DNA of 64,000 nt from a virus. Location: the IMG/VR virus record IMGVR_UViG_3300027797_000013, positions 1 to 64,000 of that record, one strand, 5' to 3'. The position numbers and the translations under genes are program-made. The notes below the pieces were generated by a model that was not told the origin of the DNA, made no database searches, and was given only the letters and a program-made list of their open reading frames with translations. Below are positions 63,865 to 64,000 of this stretch, one piece after another (the first letter of the stretch is position 1; each line of letters opens with the position of its first letter).

Positions 63865-64000
63865 TTAATCTAGATAAATTTGGCCTTTGATATTAGACAC
63901 TGCTCTAATCTCTGCTTCAGTAAACACTCTTTCTTTTCCTTTTGAATAAAAAAAGTCACCACTTATAAATTTAGGTATACCTTCAAGTGACTCTAAATTA
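63865..64000 (-). CDS. partial LRR-like repeat protein (C-terminal end)
   Basis: Translated by hand: ...NLESLEGIPKFISGDFFYSKGKERVFTEAEIRAVSNIKGQIYLD*, with a C-cap of the same family. Confidence 0.8.
   Translation of the reverse strand, partial: NLESLEGIPKFISGDFFYSKGKERVFTEAEIRAVSNIKGQIYLD

Noticed and set aside
59999-64000. Diversity-generating retroelement behind the LRR variability
   Set aside because: No reverse transcriptase and no near-identical TR/VR pair differing only at adenines in this window.
1-64000. Stop-codon reassignment
   Set aside because: Conserved genes are full length in the standard code, and TAA, TAG and TGA all end genes at expected positions.

Overview
This is a 64-kb, AT-rich segment of a large T4-like (myovirus-type) dsDNA phage. 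It holds a rearranged head/neck module (gp15, portal gp20, gp13, gp4, protease gp21, scaffold gp22, major capsid gp23), a cytoplasmic tail-fibre/LamG cluster on the minus strand, and a baseplate spike gene (gp5-like) split into two ORFs. It also carries nucleotide-metabolism genes (nrdA, nrdB, thyX, a PRTase), a gp62-like clamp-loader subunit, GroES, a DinG-type helicase, a ClpP-like protease, a lysis cassette and many glycosyl-/methyltransferases plus GDP-fucose synthase. Five things stand out. (1) An 11-kb run of five consecutive genes that all begin with Sec-type signal peptides: a fibre-like multi-module scaffold, a small lectin-like protein and three beta-helix polysaccharide-lyase-like proteins sharing a C-terminal SwmB-like domain plus basic tail. 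(2) A TGT/DpdA-like, formyltransferase, P-loop kinase and QueF operon suggesting formylated preQ1 DNA modification. (3) A tandem array of at least five LRR-like paralogues with constant caps and variable repeat numbers. (4) A window-wide leaderless promoter architecture (TAAATA-N5-ATG). (5) Recurrent x-S-[A/G] motifs in virion proteins alongside a large glycan toolkit. No tRNA, CRISPR array, integrase or terminase was recognised. All family calls come from motif recognition by eye; no database search was run.
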